From sequence record SRR9188677_124: DNA of 20,000 bases; one strand, 5' to 3'. This document shows, piece by piece, positions 16,197-20,000 of the stretch. Below the pieces are notes generated by a model. That model was given only the letters and a program-made list of their open reading frames with translations. It did not search any database and was not told the origin of the DNA. A program made the translations under genes and the position numbers. The stretch's first letter is position 1, and the number at the start of each line of letters is the position of its first letter.

Positions 16197-17528
16197 ATGA
16201 TCATTGTAATCGTTTTACTATCCATCCTGTTTATAGTTCTCAGTTCCACGGTTTTCAAAATGCATCCTCTGTTAGGGCTATTACTTGCGGCTTTGGGTGT
16301 TGGAATTTTTGCAGGATTACCAATTGACAAGCTTGCTGAAACCATTGGAAAAGGTTTTGGTGAACTGATGTCAAAGATTGGTTTGATGGTGATTTTAGGC
16401 TGCGTCATTGGAGCAATTCTTGATAAATCAGGTGCGGCAATAAAGGTTGCGGATGTCATTCTTAATTTATTTGGAGAAAAGCGCCCTGCCTTTGCCATGT
16501 CAGTCATTGGTGCAATCGTTGGAATTCCTGTTTTCTGCGATTCGGGATTTATTATTTTACATAAATTAAATCAGATCGTTGCAAAAAGAACAGACTTGCC
16601 GCTAGCCACAATTTCCCTGTCACTATCGGGCGGACTTTTTGCAACGCATACATTGGTTCCGCCAACACCGGGACCACTTTCAGCAGCGGGCAATCTCGGC
16701 ATTCCGGATTCTATAGGACTGGTAATTCTCATCGGATTAATTGTGTCCATTCCAAGCTTATTTTTATCAACCTGGTTTGCTGCAAAATATGCCAGGGACG
16801 TCGAGATTATAGACGAAGCGTCCGAACACAATGCGGTTCCCGAGGTACAAAACTTACCGTTAGCATGGAAGGCTTTTATGCCAATATTACTTCCGATTTT
16901 ACTTATAACGCTCGCTTCGTTTGCTAAAATCCTGCATTTCCCGGAAGTGCTGGCAAAGTGGCTCGGATTCTTTGGAAGTCCATTGGTTTCGTTTCTGTTG
17001 GCAATTTTTTTCAGTTATTCACTTTTTCCTGAAAAAGCATCGGACAAAATGATCGACTGCTTCAAAAGCGGCATCCAACATTGCGGCACAACGCTTGTAT
17101 TGGTAGGAGCAGGGGGCGCTTTTGGAGCAATATTAAAGGAAACACCCTTAAAAGAAATGGTGAGCGAATGGCTTACACGAAACGAGATGTCAGGCGGTTA
17201 CCTTTTATTAATTGCTTTTTTGATTGCAGTATTTTTCAAAACTGCACAAGGATCAACAACTTCTGCAATGGTGCTTACTACCAGTATTTTAGCGCCATTA
17301 CTTTCGTCCCTTGGTTTTGTAACTCCCGTTCAGATTACCCTCGTAGTAATGGCCGTTGGCAGTGGTGCGATGGTTGTTTCACATACTAATGATGCCTGGT
17401 TTTGGGTAGTTTCTCAATTTACAGGAATGAGTGCAAAGGATACGTATCGCACGCATACTGTACTTACCGGATTGCAGGGGATTATAAGCTTCGCGACCAC
17501 GTTTTTGCTTTATTTGATATTGGGATAG
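16197..17528 (+). CDS. GntP family gluconate/sugar-acid:H+ symporter
   Basis: Highly hydrophobic 443 aa with GntP motifs KMHPLL, GIPVFCDSGFIIL, HTLVPPTPGP, KTAQGSTTSA and SHTNDAWFW. Confidence 0.93.
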   Translation: MIIVIVLLSILFIVLSSTVFKMHPLLGLLLAALGVGIFAGLPIDKLAETIGKGFGELMSKIGLMVILGCVIGAILDKSGAAIKVADVILNLFGEKRPAFAMSVIGAIVGIPVFCDSGFIILHKLNQIVAKRTDLPLATISLSLSGGLFATHTLVPPTPGPLSAAGNLGIPDSIGLVILIGLIVSIPSLFLSTWFAAKYARDVEIIDEASEHNAVPEVQNLPLAWKAFMPILLPILLITLASFAKILHFPEVLAKWLGFFGSPLVSFLLAIFFSYSLFPEKASDKMIDCFKSGIQHCGTTLVLVGAGGAFGAILKETPLKEMVSEWLTRNEMSGGYLLLIAFLIAVFFKTAQGSTTSAMVLTTSILAPLLSSLGFVTPVQITLVVMAVGSGAMVVSHTNDAWFWVVSQFTGMSAKDTYRTHTVLTGLQGIISFATTFLLYLILG

Positions 17529-17536
17529 TCGATTCG

Positions 17537-17692
17537 TATTTCGGTGCTCTGCACCTTTCCGCATAGAGGTGTTCTTGCCACAAACTGGATATTTATCAAC
17601 AATTGATAGCTAATGGCAGGTGCAGAGCACCTCAATATTTGTAGTCCAAGTATTTCAACAGATTATGAGAGAGGTGCAGCGCACCGCAATAT
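17537..17692. repeat. Cluster of three REP-like palindromes (AGGTGCAGMGCACC), one inverted relative to the other two
   Basis: TATTTCGGTGCTCTGCACCT (17537-17556, minus orientation), AGGTGCAGAGCACCTCAATATTTGTAG (17618-17644) and AGGTGCAGCGCACCGCAATAT (17672-17692). Each has the internal hairpin GGTGC-N3-GCACC. Confidence 0.85.
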
Positions 17693-17712
17693 CCCCGTTA
17701 ATTCTAAAACAA

Positions 17713-17745
17713 GAAAAATGACGACCCAGCGGATCGTCATTTTTC
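17713..17745. terminator. Bidirectional intrinsic terminator between the convergent GntP gene and sucC
   Basis: Perfect 12-bp inverted repeat GAAAAATGACGA (17713-17724) / TCGTCATTTTTC (17734-17745) with T runs on both strands. Confidence 0.85.
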
Positions 17746-17762
17746 ATTATATCTATAAAAAA

Positions 17763-18986
17763 TTAAAGACCTAAGTCAGCTAAAACCTCGGAAACCTTGG
17801 TAGCAGCTTCCTTAAATTCAATAGCAGAAAAAACTTTAAGTCCTGATTCATTTATAATACGAGCTCCTTCTTCTGCATTCGTTCCTTGCAGACGAACGAT
17901 GATCGGAACAGGAATTTCACCAATTGCTTTGTAAGCTTCCACAACACCCGCAGCAACGCGGTCGCAACGAACGATACCGCCAAAGATGTTGATTAGAATT
18001 GCTTTTACATTGGGATCTTTAAGAATGATACGGAATCCGGCTTCAACCGTTTTCGCGTTCGCACCGCCCCCAACATCCAGGAAGTTAGCGGGTTCACCAC
18101 CAGACAATTTGATGATATCCATAGTCGCCATTGCAAGACCAGCACCATTTACCATACAACCTACGTTTCCGTCAAGTTTTACGTAGTTAAGGTTATTCGC
18201 TCCAGCTTCAACTTCCAAAGGATCTTCTTCATTGGTATCACGCATTTCAGCAAGCTCTGGATGACGGAATAACGCATTGTCATCCAAATCCACTTTTGCA
18301 TCAACGGCAAGTATTTTATTATCAGACGTTTTTAAAACCGGGTTGATTTCAAACATCGCTGAATCACTCTCGATATAAGCTTTGTAGAGAGAACCGATGA
18401 ATTTCACCATTTCTTTAAAAGCATCTCCTTCAAGACCTAAAGCAAAAGCCACTTTACGAGCCTGGAATGGTTGCAATCCAACTTTCGGATCAATCCATTC
18501 TTTCATGATTTTTTCCGGCGTATGCTCTGCAACTTCTTCAATGTCCATACCGCCTTCGGTACTGGCCATGATCACATTGCAATTTCTGGCACGGTCGAGA
18601 AGTATTGATAAGTAGTATTCTTTCGGTTCACTTAAACCAGGGTAATAAACGTCTTCAGCAATAAGAACTTTGTTTACACGCTTTCCTTCCGGGCCAGTCT
18701 GGTGCGTAACAAGCACTTTGCCGAGAATGTTTTTTGAAATTGTACGTACATCCTCAACAGATTTAGCAAGAGCCACTCCTCGTTGTTCTGTACCAACGAT
18801 TCTGCCTTTGCCACGCCCACCAGCATGAATCTGCGATTTAACCACGTACCATTTGGTACCCGTCTGCTGGTTAAGCTCACGTGCAACCTCAACAGCCTTA
18901 TCAGGCGTATCGGCTACCATCCCTTCCTGAATACGAACACCGTATTTTTTGAGGACGCTTTTGCCTTGATATTCGTGAATATTCAT
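17763..18986 (-). CDS. sucC: Succinate--CoA ligase (ADP-forming) beta subunit
   Basis: [80 protein letters not shown]. Confidence 0.99.
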   Translation of the reverse strand: MNIHEYQGKSVLKKYGVRIQEGMVADTPDKAVEVARELNQQTGTKWYVVKSQIHAGGRGKGRIVGTEQRGVALAKSVEDVRTISKNILGKVLVTHQTGPEGKRVNKVLIAEDVYYPGLSEPKEYYLSILLDRARNCNVIMASTEGGMDIEEVAEHTPEKIMKEWIDPKVGLQPFQARKVAFALGLEGDAFKEMVKFIGSLYKAYIESDSAMFEINPVLKTSDNKILAVDAKVDLDDNALFRHPELAEMRDTNEEDPLEVEAGANNLNYVKLDGNVGCMVNGAGLAMATMDIIKLSGGEPANFLDVGGGANAKTVEAGFRIILKDPNVKAILINIFGGIVRCDRVAAGVVEAYKAIGEIPVPIIVRLQGTNAEEGARIINESGLKVFSAIEFKEAATKVSEVLADLGL

Positions 18987-19074
18987 GAGTATAAAAGTAA
19001 ATTGGTATTTTCACGGCAAATTAAGGAATTAATCAAAACGGGCGTCGATTTTAAGCCAATTATCTTTTCAGATT

Positions 19075-19734
19075 ATGAATTTACTTCAGGCAAAGGGAAT
19101 AAAGCGGACATACGGTTCATTACATGTTCTGAAAGGGATTGATCTAGAGGTGAAAAAAGGGGAAGTCGTAGCTATCGTAGGTCCTTCTGGTGCTGGAAAA
19201 AGTACATTTTTACACATATTGGGCACTCTTGACAGACCTGAAGAAGGCCAGGTATTTATTGAAAATGTGAATGTGTTTACCCAGAAAGACAAAGATCTTG
19301 CCAAATTCAGGAATGAGAAAATCGGTTTCATTTTTCAGTTTCACAATCTTTTAGCAGAATTTACTGCCTTGGAAAATGCATGTATGCCCGGCTACATTGG
19401 TGGTGGAATGAATGAAAAGGAAATAAAGGATAGAGGTACAGAACTGTTGACTTTGCTGGGATTATCAGACCGGCTAGATCATTTGCCTTCGCAACTTTCT
19501 GGTGGAGAGCAGCAGCGGGTTGCAGTCGCACGCGCGCTGTTGAATAAACCAGCTATTATACTTGCTGACGAACCTAGTGGGAACCTGGATTCTCACAATG
19601 CTTTGGACTTGCACCAGTTATTTTTTAAATTAAGAGATGAGTTTGGACAAACTTTTGTCATAGTCACACACAATGAAGAATTAGCCGAAATGGCTGACAG
19701 GCGATTAGTTATGCAAGATGGAAATATGCTTTAG
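19075..19734 (+). CDS. lolD: ABC transporter ATP-binding protein, LolD/MacB-type (probable lipoprotein-releasing ATPase)
   Basis: Walker [19 protein letters not shown], signature [15 protein letters not shown], Walker B/D-loop [15 protein letters not shown]. 219 aa. No permease gene is adjacent in the window. Confidence 0.85.
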   Translation: MNLLQAKGIKRTYGSLHVLKGIDLEVKKGEVVAIVGPSGAGKSTFLHILGTLDRPEEGQVFIENVNVFTQKDKDLAKFRNEKIGFIFQFHNLLAEFTALENACMPGYIGGGMNEKEIKDRGTELLTLLGLSDRLDHLPSQLSGGEQQRVAVARALLNKPAIILADEPSGNLDSHNALDLHQLFFKLRDEFGQTFVIVTHNEELAEMADRRLVMQDGNML

Positions 19735-19835
19735 CAGGTAATAAGAAATTAATTAAAATTTTTTTCAAAATATATGTGACCAACGTTTAAAGGCTCCGTC
19801 ACAACACCGAAGTTTTTCATAACGTTGAGTAAAGT

Positions 19836-19871
19836 AAATAGTCGCCTGGAGATTCCGGACGACTATTTTTT
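19836..19871 (+). terminator. Rho-independent terminator downstream of the ABC ATPase
   Basis: AAATAGTCG-CCTGGA-GAT-TCCGGA-CGACTATTT hairpin ending in a T run (ATTTTTT). Confidence 0.8.
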
Positions 19872-19897
19872 GTAAGTACCTACCTCAATAATTTATC

Positions 19898-20000
19898 TCA
19901 CCGCACCAGCGACCCAGTCCTCAACTCCATTAACCGCATCGGCGGCCCGGTTCTTAACTTCTCTAACTACCTAACTCCTTTAACTACTTAACTTCTCTAA
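19898..20000. repeat. TAACT-based tandem repeat tract (17-nt composite unit) containing two GC-rich 16-mers; continues past the window end
   Basis: CTTAACTTCTCTAACTA (19953-19969), CCTAACTCCTTTAACTA (19970-19986), CTTAACTTCTCTAA (19987-20000). Preceded by CGCACCAGCGACCCAG (19902-19917) and CGCATCGGCGGCCCGG (19935-19950). Confidence 0.8.

Noticed and set aside
17537-17692. Mini CRISPR array
   Set aside because: Only three short, non-identical repeats with one inverted, irregular spacing, and no cas genes or leader. It fits REP-type repeats better.
3745-19331. Numerous antisense and alternate-frame ORFs in the track (e.g. 3745-4251, 4981-5415, 7142-7618, 14419-14922, 16166-16507, 18783-19142)
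   Set aside because: They overlap well-supported genes, mostly as antisense shadows, and show no recognisable motifs.
17763-19734. sucC without sucD and lolD without lolC/E as signs of gene loss
   Set aside because: Split arrangements of these genes are common in Bacteroidota. Both ORFs are intact and the partners probably lie elsewhere.

Overview
A 20 kb chromosomal window, most likely from a Bacteroidota (Cytophagales, Dyadobacter/Spirosoma-like) genome. That assignment is inferred from gene content, a stand-alone sucC, Gln immediately after five predicted signal peptides, and the style of the intergenic repeats. Gene order: 3' end of a histidine kinase; three co-oriented genes for exported proteins (TonB-C-like, TPR, probable beta-barrel); an Rpn/YhgA PD-(D/E)xK nuclease; a minus-strand heavy-metal efflux locus (response regulator, HAMP kinase, TolC/CzcC, CzcB-type adaptor, CzcA); a Cys/Met PLP lyase; a head-to-head App1-type phosphatidate phosphatase / diacylglycerol-kinase-family pair; a secreted esterase; a GntP permease; sucC; and a LolD-type ABC ATPase. 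The most interesting signals are: (1) an in-frame internal start in the Rpn gene that would give a 56-aa C-terminal protein, matching the RpnL/RpnS toxin-antitoxin anti-phage layout; (2) a 16-bp GC-rich motif found three times, each time apparently inserted cleanly into a short-period AT-rich repeat tract; (3) four 11-bp-phased direct repeats upstream of the efflux genes, a likely response-regulator operator; (4) several distinct intergenic palindromic/REP-like repeat families. No database searches were run, so novelty is unverified.
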